NCBI GenBank assembly: GCA_964236185.1
Contig: CAXSEW010000001.1
Span: 1-55,990, forward strand
DNA: 55,990 nt
Reading direction: 5' to 3'
DNA from: an uncultured Nakamurella sp.
GTDB taxonomy: Bacteria; Actinomycetota; Actinomycetes; Mycobacteriales; Nakamurellaceae
The notes below the pieces were generated by a model. It saw only the letters and a list, made by a program, of their open reading frames with translations, was not told the DNA's origin and made no database searches. This document shows positions 18,166-28,045 of this stretch, piece by piece (positions within the stretch are counted from its first letter, which is position 1; every line of letters begins with the position of its first letter). The translations under genes were made by a program, and so were the position numbers.

Positions 18166-20673
18166 ATGGGGAGCGTGAGCGCGGCAATGCCAGGACGTCG
18201 ACGGCCAACCAAGGTAGACCGGGAAGTCCCCGTCGAAGACTACGAGCACCCTGCGGCTCACCGGACCAACAATCCGCCGGCCGGCCTCGCCCACTTGGAT
18301 CGGGAGGCAACTCCGATCAGGACCCTGACCTTCGACCCTCACGTCGACCCTCAGCTCATCTGGGCTGGCCGCGCCGAACGTGACCAGGTCGAGGTCCCAG
18401 CGCCGTCGATTCACATCCATGAGCAGCTCTCCGCCGACAAGATCATCCGATCGATCCGCCATCGTCGAATTCAGCAACCGCTGTTCGACTTAACTGAGAC
18501 CGACCCTGCTAAAGCCGTTGAGTTTTACCAACACGACATGGCTTGGGAGAATCGGATGATTCTCGGCGATTCATTGGTAGTTATGACTAGCTTGTTGGAC
18601 CGGGAACGGCTAGCTGGCAAAGTGCAAACGATTTTTATCGATCCGCCATACGGCATCCGCTATCGGAGCAACTTTCAACCAAACATAGGCAATCTCGACG
18701 TTAAAGACGCGGACGACGCATCGATTACGCGCGAACCTGAGATGATTCAAGCGTACCGCGACACATGGGAACTCGGAGTGCATTCCTACCTCACCTACTT
18801 ACGAGATCGCATCCACCTCAGCCGCGAACTGCTGACCGACTCAGGGTCAGTTTTCGTTCAAATCGGCGAAGAGAACGTCCACCGCGTCCGTCTACTACTT
18901 GATGAAGCGTTCGGAGCTGATAACTTTGTCAGCCAGATTACATTTCAGACTACGAGTGGTGCGGGCAGTCCCGGCGACCTCAAAAATATCCCCGCCACTT
19001 GCAATTACCTAATTTGGTACAGCAAGCAGCGCAACGAAATGAAGTACCGGCAGCTATACCTGTCCAAGCAGAGTGGGCGATCCGTCAGAGAAGCTTACTC
19101 GCTCGTCGAACTTGCAGACGGCACTAGAAGATCGATGACATCGACTGAAAGAGCTGATCCTGACAGCATTCCCCCCGGCGGCCGCATCTATCGGTTGGAT
19201 AACTTAACCTCTCAGAGCGGTGTGGACACTACTAGGTATCCTATCGAGATCAATGGCGTAACCTTCACTCCAAACAAGGGCGTCTGGAAGACCGGACGCG
19301 ACGGGATGGATCGTCTTATCGGCGCTCGACGTGTTCAAGTGACCGGCGGAACACCGAAGTATGTTCGGTATCTCAGCGACTTTGACGGCAGGCCTCTAGT
19401 CAACGTCTGGGATGATACAATCACGGCCGGGTTTGCAGCGGATAAGCGGTATGTCGTACAAACGAATCCTACTGTAATTGAGCGCTGTATTCTAATGACC
19501 AGCGATCCTGGCGATCTAATTCTAGATCCGACGTGTGGGTCGGGTACGACCGCGTTCGTCGCCGAGCAGTTCGGCCGCCGGTGGATCACCATTGACACAA
19601 GCCGCGTCGCGCTTGCAATCGCTCGGGAACGCCTGCTCACCGCCAGGTACGACTTCTACGAACTAACCGACGCGGCACGAGGCGTCGACGCCGGTTTGAA
19701 GTACCGGACTTTGGACCGCGTCCAACTGCGGACCATTGCGAGGGGGGAAGAACCTGACAAGATCGCTCTCTACGACCAGCCGCTGATTCGTAAGGGGTAT
19801 GTGCGGATCTCCGGCCCGTTCACTGTCGAGGCACTGTCCCGTTACGCGGTGAACCCCGCCGACGATGCGCCATCGACGCCCGACCCGGGCGCCGATTTGA
19901 CGAGCCACATCGAGGTGCTGCTGAACGCCCTGCAGGTGCAGGGAATCCCCCGCCCTGGTGGGGCGCCGTACCCCATTGAGTCGATCAGCCCGCTGGCGGC
20001 CGCCGGCGCGATCCAGGCCAGCGGCATTGCTGACCTCGGCGGGCGGCCCGCGCGGTTCGCGGTGTCCCTCGGCCCGAAATTCGGCGCAGTCACGATGGGC
20101 CAGGTCGGAGATGCGCTGCGCGCCTCAATCGGCTTCGACCTGATCGTGTTCAGCGGCTTTGCCGTGTCGGCCGACGCTCAGGAACGGCTGGCCACCGGCA
20201 AGATCGGCGGTGTCGACGTAGCCCTGTTGCTGGCCAATCCGGACCTGCTGGTCGGCGATCTCCTCAAGAACACCAAGTCCTCGCAGACGTTCCGGCTCTA
20301 CGCCGCGCCAGATGTCCAGATCGAACCCGACGATTCTGAATTCCGAGTCACCGTGCAAGGTGTGGACTCGTTCGACGCCGCCACCGGTGATGTCACTTCG
20401 TACGGCCGCGCCGGGATTCAAGCCTGGTTCCTGGACGACGACTACGACGGCCTGGTCTTCCGGGTCACCCAAGCATATTTCCCGGTCAGCAACGCGTGGG
20501 ATCGACTGAAGAAGGCCCTGCACGACACCGTCGACGAGGAGCTTGTCGAAGAGCTGCACGGCTGGCGTTCCCTGTCCTTCCCTGCGGGAGAACACCGGCG
20601 CGTCGCGGTCCGGGTCATCACTCAGGACGGCAACGCCGCCGAGGCCATCCTGTCCCTGCCCGGGGCCCGCTGA
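18166..20673 (+). CDS. mod: Type III-like R-M DNA methyltransferase (Mod, N6-adenine/N4-cytosine family)
   Basis: NRMILGDSL, IFIDPPYG (motif IV), ILDPTCGSGTT (motif I), WITIDTSRVAL. Start may be 18187. Confidence 0.92.
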   Translation: MGSVSAAMPGRRRPTKVDREVPVEDYEHPAAHRTNNPPAGLAHLDREATPIRTLTFDPHVDPQLIWAGRAERDQVEVPAPSIHIHEQLSADKIIRSIRHRRIQQPLFDLTETDPAKAVEFYQHDMAWENRMILGDSLVVMTSLLDRERLAGKVQTIFIDPPYGIRYRSNFQPNIGNLDVKDADDASITREPEMIQAYRDTWELGVHSYLTYLRDRIHLSRELLTDSGSVFVQIGEENVHRVRLLLDEAFGADNFVSQITFQTTSGAGSPGDLKNIPATCNYLIWYSKQRNEMKYRQLYLSKQSGRSVREAYSLVELADGTRRSMTSTERADPDSIPPGGRIYRLDNLTSQSGVDTTRYPIEINGVTFTPNKGVWKTGRDGMDRLIGARRVQVTGGTPKYVRYLSDFDGRPLVNVWDDTITAGFAADKRYVVQTNPTVIERCILMTSDPGDLILDPTCGSGTTAFVAEQFGRRWITIDTSRVALAIARERLLTARYDFYELTDAARGVDAGLKYRTLDRVQLRTIARGEEPDKIALYDQPLIRKGYVRISGPFTVEALSRYAVNPADDAPSTPDPGADLTSHIEVLLNALQVQGIPRPGGAPYPIESISPLAAAGAIQASGIADLGGRPARFAVSLGPKFGAVTMGQVGDALRASIGFDLIVFSGFAVSADAQERLATGKIGGVDVALLLANPDLLVGDLLKNTKSSQTFRLYAAPDVQIEPDDSEFRVTVQGVDSFDAATGDVTSYGRAGIQAWFLDDDYDGLVFRVTQAYFPVSNAWDRLKKALHDTVDEELVEELHGWRSLSFPAGEHRRVAVRVITQDGNAAEAILSLPGAR

Positions 20674-23453
20674 TGCCCGCGACGGACGTCGGCGGGACTG
20701 TCGTGGACGCGAACCCGATCATCAACGACCCCTTCTCCGAGCCGGGTCGCTACTGGCACTTCGGCCAAGTCGCGCCGACCCTTCGCACTGGTCGGCGGAC
20801 CGCCGGCTACCTAGCTCCTTCCCCCGATGGCCAGCTCCGCATCACCGACGAAATCATTCCGCTGGAGGTGGTGAACGACCTGCGCGACCGGGTCCGCAGC
20901 TGGCGGGAACAGGACTACCCGGGCCTGACGACGCTGACCCGCGACCTGTTCCGACACTGGTTCGACCCGGACCGGCAGCTGACCAACGTCCGGCCGTTCT
21001 ACGCCCAGCAGGAGGCGGTCGAAACCGTCGTGTTCCTCGTCGAAGCCGCCGACGACCGCAAGGTGGGGATATCCATCCCGTCCGCCGGCGAGAGCTACAG
21101 CCGGTGGGCGACAAAGATGGCCACCGGCACCGGCAAGACTCTGATCATGGCTCTGCTGATCACTTGGTGCGGCCTGAACAAGGTGACCACCCGCACCGAC
21201 ACCCGCTTCACCGACCAAATGCTGGTCGTCTGCCCCAACCTCACGGTGCTCGACCGACTCACCGGCGCCGGCGGCTTGGACCCCAAACATCCCGAATCGC
21301 TCTACGTCAGCTTCGACCTGATCCCGCCTCAGTACTCCGGGCTCCTCGGGCAGATCCGCGTTCAGGTCATGAACTGGCACCAACTCGCCGAGAAGGAAGA
21401 CCCCCGGCGGTCCGTCGTCCGCCGCGGACGCGAGTCCGACGCCGCGTTCTGCCGCCGCGTCCTGACAGACCTGCCCGGAACCGGCCGGATCCTGGTCCTC
21501 AACGACGAAGCTCACCACGCCTACCGCTTCCCGCCGGACCTTCATGTCACCGGTGAAGCCGCCGACGAAGCCCGCGAAGCCACCGTATGGATCAGCGGCC
21601 TGGAACGGATCGACCGGCACCGCGGAATCCTGCGCACCATCGACGCCTCAGCCACCCCGATGTACCCGGGGTCCATGAAGGGAAAGGCTTGGACCCCGTT
21701 CGAGTGGATCATCTCCGACTTCGCCCTGGTCGACGCGATCGAATCCGGTTTGGTCAAGATTCCTCGAACCCCGACGGACGACAACACCGGCGAAGCGGTT
21801 CCGAAATACCGCAACCTGTGGTCGCACATCAAGCAGGCGCTGCCAAAACGAAGCGACGTAGACAGCGACTCGCATCCGTTGACCGACTATCTCGCCGAGG
21901 CGGACGGGCCGCTCAAGCAGCTCGCCGGTGAATGGCTAGACACCTTCAACGCCTGGCAGAAGGTCGACCGAGACGTGCCGCCGGCCATGGTGGTCATCTG
22001 TCACGACACCTACGTTGCGCGACTCCTCGAGCGGCACATCGCAGAACTGGGCGAGGCCACTCCCGAGCTGGTCAACCCCAAGACCGGGCCGGCGGTGACC
22101 GTCCGCATCGACACCGACGCCCTGGCAAAAGCGGAGGCCGGGGCAGGGAACGCCGACGCCCAGATGACCCGGCAGATCGTTGCCACCGTCGGCAAACCCG
22201 GAAAACCCGGCGCGAACGTCCGATGCCTGATCTCCGTAGCCATGCTCTCCGAAGGCTGGGACGCCCGGAACGTGACCCAGATTCTGGGCCTGCGCGCGTT
22301 CAACTCCCAACTGCTGTGCGAACAGGTCGTCGGCCGCGGACTGCGCCGCTCCGACTACTCCGATCTCTCCCAGCCGGAATACGTCGACGTCTACGGCGTG
22401 CCGTTCCAACTCCTGCCGATGGCCCGCGGCGGTGGCGGCGCTCCGTCGAAGCCGCCCAACTACACCACCGTGCACACCATCGCTGAGCGGCATGAGCTGC
22501 GTATCGAGTTTCCCCGCCTGATCCAGGTCGTGCCCGACATCGAAGACACCCTCGACGTCGATGCGGACGCTATCGAGCCGATCCGGGTCAACCCGCGGTT
22601 CGACCCGACCGACACCTACGTCGAGTTCGACCTCGGCGCCGCCCGGGGCGGCATGGGCGGCGTCGTACAGGACCGGGACCGCGCCTACGAGAACTTCCGG
22701 ATCCAACGACTGCTCTTTCGAGTGGCCGCCGGCCTGATCGAGCCGTACAGCAAACCGTGGCTGTTCCCGCAGGCCATGCGCATCGCGCACGACATTATCC
22801 GGCCCGTCGCCGAAGGAGGCCGCATCGACTACGCACCCGGTGTCGACCACCGCGAGATCTGCAACATGCGCTACCTCACGCTCATCCGGGAACGGATCGG
22901 TGCAGCGCTCCGTCCCGGCGAGGGCCCCGAACGATTCCTACCCGCGCTCGACGAGTACCAGCGCACCGGCAGCACCGACGGCCTCAACTTCACCGCCCCG
23001 ACCGACCGGTGCGTGCCCACCGTCCGCAGCCACCTCAGCCACGCAGTGTGCGACTCCAACCTGGAGCGGCAGATCTGCGCTGTGCTCGATTCCCACGAAC
23101 TGGTGCACTCCTGGGTCAAGAACCACAAGCTCTTCCTTGAAATCCCCTACCTGTACCTCGGTACCTCCTACCGCTATCGGCCCGACTTCGTCGTCCGCCT
23201 CACTGACGACCGCATTCTTCTTCTGGAGGGGAAGGGCGTCGCAGACGAAAAGGACGACGCCAAGGCGACCGCCGCCCGCCGGTGGGTGGAAGCGGTCAAC
23301 AGCTGGGGAGGGCTCGGCACATGGCAACACGCGATCAGCTACGACGCGGCCTTACTGAACCACCAGATCAATGCACTGGCGTCGTCGCCGGGTCAATTAG
23401 ACCGCGTCCTCGGCGCGAACCCCGACCTCTCCGGCCGACCCGACCACATTTGA
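20673..23453 (+). CDS. res: Type III-like restriction endonuclease (Res; SF2 helicase plus PD-(D/E)xK)
   Basis: TGATG overlap with mod; KMATGTGKT, NDEAHH, SATP, EQVVGRGLRR, and C-terminal YRPDF...LLEGKG. Confidence 0.92.
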   Translation: MPATDVGGTVVDANPIINDPFSEPGRYWHFGQVAPTLRTGRRTAGYLAPSPDGQLRITDEIIPLEVVNDLRDRVRSWREQDYPGLTTLTRDLFRHWFDPDRQLTNVRPFYAQQEAVETVVFLVEAADDRKVGISIPSAGESYSRWATKMATGTGKTLIMALLITWCGLNKVTTRTDTRFTDQMLVVCPNLTVLDRLTGAGGLDPKHPESLYVSFDLIPPQYSGLLGQIRVQVMNWHQLAEKEDPRRSVVRRGRESDAAFCRRVLTDLPGTGRILVLNDEAHHAYRFPPDLHVTGEAADEAREATVWISGLERIDRHRGILRTIDASATPMYPGSMKGKAWTPFEWIISDFALVDAIESGLVKIPRTPTDDNTGEAVPKYRNLWSHIKQALPKRSDVDSDSHPLTDYLAEADGPLKQLAGEWLDTFNAWQKVDRDVPPAMVVICHDTYVARLLERHIAELGEATPELVNPKTGPAVTVRIDTDALAKAEAGAGNADAQMTRQIVATVGKPGKPGANVRCLISVAMLSEGWDARNVTQILGLRAFNSQLLCEQVVGRGLRRSDYSDLSQPEYVDVYGVPFQLLPMARGGGGAPSKPPNYTTVHTIAERHELRIEFPRLIQVVPDIEDTLDVDADAIEPIRVNPRFDPTDTYVEFDLGAARGGMGGVVQDRDRAYENFRIQRLLFRVAAGLIEPYSKPWLFPQAMRIAHDIIRPVAEGGRIDYAPGVDHREICNMRYLTLIRERIGAALRPGEGPERFLPALDEYQRTGSTDGLNFTAPTDRCVPTVRSHLSHAVCDSNLERQICAVLDSHELVHSWVKNHKLFLEIPYLYLGTSYRYRPDFVVRLTDDRILLLEGKGVADEKDDAKATAARRWVEAVNSWGGLGTWQHAISYDAALLNHQINALASSPGQLDRVLGANPDLSGRPDHI

Positions 23454-23501
23454 AGCAGACGGGCGGCCGGTATGCCGCTGCTTGCAGCAAAAGGATAAGG
23501 A

Positions 23502-24491
23502 CTAGCGCGGGAAGTCTCGCCGCTGTATCAAGAATTCTGCCCCGTCGCCCTCATCCTCGAACGTAAACCCCATCTGAAGCAGTAACGACCGAGCGACCTT
23601 GATCATGCCTACCGCAATACCTTGTAAAAGCTCAGGTGGACAGTCTTGCCGCGCATCCGGGATCAAGGCGAAGACGTTGGCGAGTTGTGGCCAGATCGGC
23701 CCTATGTACCTAACCCAAAGACGACTCTTACCAAGAGCCGGCGGCAGCGTCCCGACCGTCTTATCCGGCTTTCGCAGCGAAGCCGCGAAGTAGGCGAGCC
23801 CGACCCATAACGGCTGACAAGCATTGAGCACGCGCGCCATCAAGCCGTAGACGTCACCGTTCTCGTCGTAGATGTCCAGCGCCTTGTTGATGTCGGTGGC
23901 CGCAGCAGCCGCCGCGACTCCGAAGCCAAACTTCTCGCGTGGTCCCGTCCGTAGGGGATAGGCAGCAGCTTCGGCGCGGTACTCATCGGCAATCCGTAGA
24001 CCAGCGTAAGCCAGGCGGCCGGAGGCGTACCCAGTTACCTCAGACAAGTCCATATCATCGATGACGGTCCCGCGTTGATGCATGATCACGTGCTGAGCTT
24101 CGTGCGTAAGGGTGTTGCCCGTGAGCTGGAATCCTTGTTCGTTCACGACACCACCTCCGTCAGCGTCGCCAGTGAGCAGAAAGCACCCATTGAGCACTAC
24201 CTCGATGTGATCTCCAACCTGTGCCGTCCTACCGCCCACTAGACCGGAGCCGCGTACGTCGCCGTAGGCCTCTTGCTTTGGGTAGCGGGCTCTGATCGTG
24301 TCGACGAACGCTCCGCTGATGATCAAGAGGACGCCGTCGGGTGTGTCGATGAGCGAGTCCAGACGTTTCCGCAGGTCCACGACCTCACGGCGGAACGCGA
24401 TGGCCATGGGCAGGTCCGTCCGCACCACCTCGGGCCGGTCATAAACCCACCGATCCATGAGGATGCCGGGTGCCAGCTCGAAGGTGAACAT
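23502..24491 (-). CDS. Hypothetical protein with an HExxH zinc-metalloprotease-like motif
   Basis: TLTHEAQH followed by DEYRAE; lower GC than the flanks. ATG at 24491 chosen to avoid overlap with the divergent gene. Confidence 0.62.
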   Translation of the reverse strand: MFTFELAPGILMDRWVYDRPEVVRTDLPMAIAFRREVVDLRKRLDSLIDTPDGVLLIISGAFVDTIRARYPKQEAYGDVRGSGLVGGRTAQVGDHIEVVLNGCFLLTGDADGGGVVNEQGFQLTGNTLTHEAQHVIMHQRGTVIDDMDLSEVTGYASGRLAYAGLRIADEYRAEAAAYPLRTGPREKFGFGVAAAAAATDINKALDIYDENGDVYGLMARVLNACQPLWVGLAYFAASLRKPDKTVGTLPPALGKSRLWVRYIGPIWPQLANVFALIPDARQDCPPELLQGIAVGMIKVARSLLLQMGFTFEDEGDGAEFLIQRRDFPR

Positions 24492-24550
24492 GTCGGGAGT
24501 GTATGAAGCGGGTCCGACAGTTAAAGTGCCTTCATCTACAAGGAGGCGCG

Positions 24551-24832
24551 GTGACTGGAGAAACGTCTGACCGGGCAGAACCGGATGCCGCGGCCGCGAC
24601 TGAAGCTGCACCAGAACTGAAGCCGCTTCGGACCATGCAGAGCTTGCAAGAGGATCTCAGTTCGGCAAGTCAAGACTGGGTCACTGAACCTGGTTGGCGG
24701 CGGAAGGTGCTGACTCAGAACCTTCTTGACGGGGCTCTTGAAGCGGAGCGGCTTGGCACCGCCGAGGGCGACAAGATGGCCGAAAGCATGCGTAAGAAAG
24801 CCAAGACGATTGAGGCAAGTGCTAGGGGTTGA
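24551..24832 (+). CDS. Small hypothetical protein
   Basis: AGGAGG RBS at 24541 before a GTG; helical, charged sequence. Confidence 0.5.
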   Translation: MTGETSDRAEPDAAAATEAAPELKPLRTMQSLQEDLSSASQDWVTEPGWRRKVLTQNLLDGALEAERLGTAEGDKMAESMRKKAKTIEASARG

Positions 24833-24917
24833 TCAGCTATCAACCCGCAGGGCGAGACCGATCTAGAAGCGGACGCGCACCGTGCTCCGCAGCTGGATGC
24901 AAAGCCGCTGGCCGGTA

Positions 24918-26675
24918 TTACTTTGGCCTCGACAGGTTCAGGGAGTTGTCGCTCAACCCAGGTCCCTGCGCGAGACGAGGTGGGCGCGGCCAGTGGCCGC
25001 GTCCAGGAACGGTGACGCCGGCGGCGGCGAGCCAACGCAGCACCGAGGTGGAAGTGCAGCCGTAGAGGTCGGCGACCTTGGCGGTGGATCCGCTTTCTCG
25101 GTACTGCGCGGCGACTTGGGCGAGGAAGGCGTCGCGGACGGTGGTACGGATCCGGCGTAGCGCCGGCGATGGGCGGTCCGGGCGGAGCGGGATGCCGAGG
25201 TGGCGCATGAGGTCGCGGACGACGATTTGGGGCTGGCCGGTGAGTAGTTCGATCTGGGTGCTGGAGCAGCCGGCGTCGGTGTACAGCTCGCGGAGCAAGG
25301 CCTCGGTGAGCGGGACGGGGTCGGGGAAGCGGGCGGCGATGTCCCCGCCAGCCGCGCGCCGGGGCACCGCGTGCCGGTCCAAGGCAGCGCTGATTTGTCG
25401 ATCGCGGTACAGCTCGTCGACCAGCACGACGGCGGTCGGCCGAATTACTCCGTTGCCGCCTTGCCGGATCGGGATTCCGTGGGCGTGGCCGGTGCGATAG
25501 ACCACTGCGGGGGTGGAATTCAGTCGGGCAGCGACGTCCAGTGCGGGCAGTTCGGAGTCGACGTAGAGCTTGCGCAGCTCGCCGGCGGAGACTTGTGTGC
25601 GGCCGGAGCGGCTGTTCGGCCCGATGAGCGGTCGGCTACGTCCGGGCACGCCGTGGTTGGTTAGCACGGCGCGGACCTTGCCGGTGGTTACGCCTAGTTG
25701 CTCGGCGACTTGCCGGTAGGAGTGACCGGCCCGGTAGGCCGCGATCACCTGGCGGGTCTGTCGGGCCGGGAGCGGCGGCCGGGTTTGTCTGCGTTCGTTG
25801 TAGGCCCGGACGGCGGCGGCCTGGCGGGCCGGATCGACGTCGACACTTTCGCGGCGTAGAGCGCCGAGGACCCGATAGTCGGAGACGCCGAGGCGCCGGG
25901 CAATCTCGGCCGCCGGGAGCGGCCCGGCCCGATACAGCGCAGCGATGGTGGCGTCAGAAATCGCGGGGCCGGGCGGGGGCAGGCGCGAAGGCAAGCCGGC
26001 GTCGGCCAGCCACTTTGACACAGTCTGGGGGTGCACCCCATACCGGGCGGCCAGCTGCACCCGGCCCAGCCGGTCCCGTTCCCGAAGCCGTCGCAGCTCG
26101 CTGGCCGGCGGCGCCGGTTTTCTGGTTCGGCCGGTGTGGGCTTGCCCGGGCCGGCCGCCGGCCGACCGGATTGGGATCTGATCCTCCAGCAGCCAGGTCC
26201 GCACCAGGTGCGAGGTGGCGCCGAAGTGCGTGGCCACGGCCTCGACCGACAGGCCGTCCCGGAAGTAGAACTGGAGCAGCTCGCCGCGGGTCGGGCGGCG
26301 CACCTCCGCGGCTGCTCCCCACGGCCGGTTCTTCCGCGACGCCGGCAGCGGCGGCAGATCGTTCTCGGCGAACCATCGGCGCACCGTCCCCGGGCTGACG
26401 CCCAGCTGTGCGGCGATCTGGGGCGCCGCCCGCCCGCCGGCGCCCAGCGACTGCAGCGTCGCTCTCGGTGGACAGACGAGTCGGCGGCGGTAGCCACCGG
26501 CGCCGGGCCGTCGCACCTCGATCCCGGCGTCCACGAGCCAGCGCCGCATCGTCGGCGAGCCAACCCCGTACCGCGCCATCAGCTCCGACATCGGCCGGTC
26601 CTGGACCACGTAGAGCCGATGTAGGACCGCATCGGACGGTCTCGGCCGACGCGTGGCCGTCGTGCTGCGGCTCAT
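24918..26675 (-). CDS. Protein made of nine tandem helix-turn-helix repeats
   Basis: Repeated L..LY...... IA..(Y/L)GV...TV..WL...G(I/L/V) units separated by Pro/Arg linkers. Confidence 0.8.
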   Translation of the reverse strand: MSRSTTATRRPRPSDAVLHRLYVVQDRPMSELMARYGVGSPTMRRWLVDAGIEVRRPGAGGYRRRLVCPPRATLQSLGAGGRAAPQIAAQLGVSPGTVRRWFAENDLPPLPASRKNRPWGAAAEVRRPTRGELLQFYFRDGLSVEAVATHFGATSHLVRTWLLEDQIPIRSAGGRPGQAHTGRTRKPAPPASELRRLRERDRLGRVQLAARYGVHPQTVSKWLADAGLPSRLPPPGPAISDATIAALYRAGPLPAAEIARRLGVSDYRVLGALRRESVDVDPARQAAAVRAYNERRQTRPPLPARQTRQVIAAYRAGHSYRQVAEQLGVTTGKVRAVLTNHGVPGRSRPLIGPNSRSGRTQVSAGELRKLYVDSELPALDVAARLNSTPAVVYRTGHAHGIPIRQGGNGVIRPTAVVLVDELYRDRQISAALDRHAVPRRAAGGDIAARFPDPVPLTEALLRELYTDAGCSSTQIELLTGQPQIVVRDLMRHLGIPLRPDRPSPALRRIRTTVRDAFLAQVAAQYRESGSTAKVADLYGCTSTSVLRWLAAAGVTVPGRGHWPRPPRLAQGPGLSDNSLNLSRPK

Positions 26676-26751
26676 GTTGCGCCCGTTCCTGGTCGACGTG
26701 CCCGACGTGGACTGCAAACTGCGTCTCCTGGCTACCCGGTACGTGCGTGGG

Positions 26752-27912
26752 TCAGGTTGATTGGGCGGTGACGAACTGGTCAAAACCCGTCATGGTGAAC
26801 GAGAGCCGCCCGCGGTAAGGCGAGGTGATCAGTCCCTTGTCCAGGAGTCGACTGCGGAGGTAGCTGATCTGATTTTGAGGCTTGCCCAGTGCGGTCGCGA
26901 TGTCGGCGATCGCGGTGGTCCCGTCGGCCGCAGTGGCAGCCGCCATGGCGGTCATGAAGTCGCGTTCGGCGGGGGTGGCGCGGTTCCAGCGGCCTCGGAA
27001 CAGGCCGGTGTGCAGTTCGTGGCGGGCGCTGATGAGGCCAGCCTGTGCGTGGGGGTAGGTGATACGTCCGCCGGCTGATGGGTTGGCGTGCCGCCATGCT
27101 GCGTCGCCGTACATCTGGACGAGGTAGGGGGAGCCTTGCGATTGGTTCAGGACCAGGTCAGCAGCGGGCTGGTCCCAGAACACACCGGCGTGTTGGGCCG
27201 GGACCAGTAGCGCGGCGGCAGCTTCGGGTGGGGTGAGTGGGTCGAGCTGCTGGTATTGGAACCGTTCGGCGAACGATCCGGCGGCCATCAGACGTTCAGG
27301 GGTTTGGGGAAGCCCAGCACCGATGAGGACCAGCGGTGCGTCGACGAGCTGTTGCACCGCTGTGGTCAATTGCGCGAGGTCGGCTTCTGCGGCGTCCTGG
27401 ATCTCGTCGATGGTCAGGCATAGGCCAGGGTGTTCGTGTTCACGGACCAAGGCCGCGCTGTCGGCCAGGACACCAACGAGCAAATCGCGGCCATCGGTGA
27501 GCATGTTGGGCGGCATGGTGCGGCCGAGTTTGACCACTCCGGCGACGGTGACTTCGATGTTCATCTTGGCGAGCCGCTCGGTCCAGCGGTGCCACCGGCG
27601 GTTGCCCCGCATCCCTTTGGTCGCTGCGATCTGTTCGGCGATGGTGGAGGCGATCTGGTCGATCAGGGTGGTATGGCGGGTGGCGGTGACGGCGGCAACG
27701 ACGAACTTGCGTCGACGTGCTTCGTCGGCGACCGCCCGTAGGGTGACCGTCTTGCCGACGCCGCGGACTCCGGTGAGGATCAGCGGTGAACGGCCCGGGG
27801 TATGGAACTGTTCGGTGCGAAGCAGAAGTTCCAGGGAGCGGGCCTGCACGGTCTCGCGGCCGGCGAGGAGAGGCGGCATGAGGCCGGCGCCGGGCGCGTA
27901 CGGACTGTCCAT
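26752..27912 (-). CDS. AAA+/STAND-like ATPase with a C-terminal winged helix
   Basis: SPYAPGAG.MPPLLAGR, Walker A GVRGVGKT, Walker B LTIDEIQ, GSPYLVQ, and LRSRLLDKGLI. Confidence 0.88.
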   Translation of the reverse strand: MDSPYAPGAGLMPPLLAGRETVQARSLELLLRTEQFHTPGRSPLILTGVRGVGKTVTLRAVADEARRRKFVVAAVTATRHTTLIDQIASTIAEQIAATKGMRGNRRWHRWTERLAKMNIEVTVAGVVKLGRTMPPNMLTDGRDLLVGVLADSAALVREHEHPGLCLTIDEIQDAAEADLAQLTTAVQQLVDAPLVLIGAGLPQTPERLMAAGSFAERFQYQQLDPLTPPEAAAALLVPAQHAGVFWDQPAADLVLNQSQGSPYLVQMYGDAAWRHANPSAGGRITYPHAQAGLISARHELHTGLFRGRWNRATPAERDFMTAMAAATAADGTTAIADIATALGKPQNQISYLRSRLLDKGLITSPYRGRLSFTMTGFDQFVTAQST

Positions 27913-27922
27913 CTGCTCATTA

Positions 27923-27949
27923 TGCTAGAAAGCGAGCTGTTTTCTAGCA
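27923..27949. promoter_or_regulatory. Palindromic operator-like site upstream of the ATPase
   Basis: TGCTAGAAA-N9-TTTCTAGCA, 9-bp perfect arms, 10 bp from the ATPase start and in the divergent region shared with ligD. Confidence 0.6.
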
Positions 27950-28045
27950 GACTGCGCGAGGGTGAATCGGGCGAACTTCTCGGGTTAGCCGAGCCGACCA
28001 GTTCCGCGACTGGGCAAACTGAGGTTGTGACCGTGGCGAGGACAG

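Noticed and set aside
20496-20672. Upstream extension of res
   Set aside because: Overlaps mod out of frame; TGATG coupling marks 20673 as the start.
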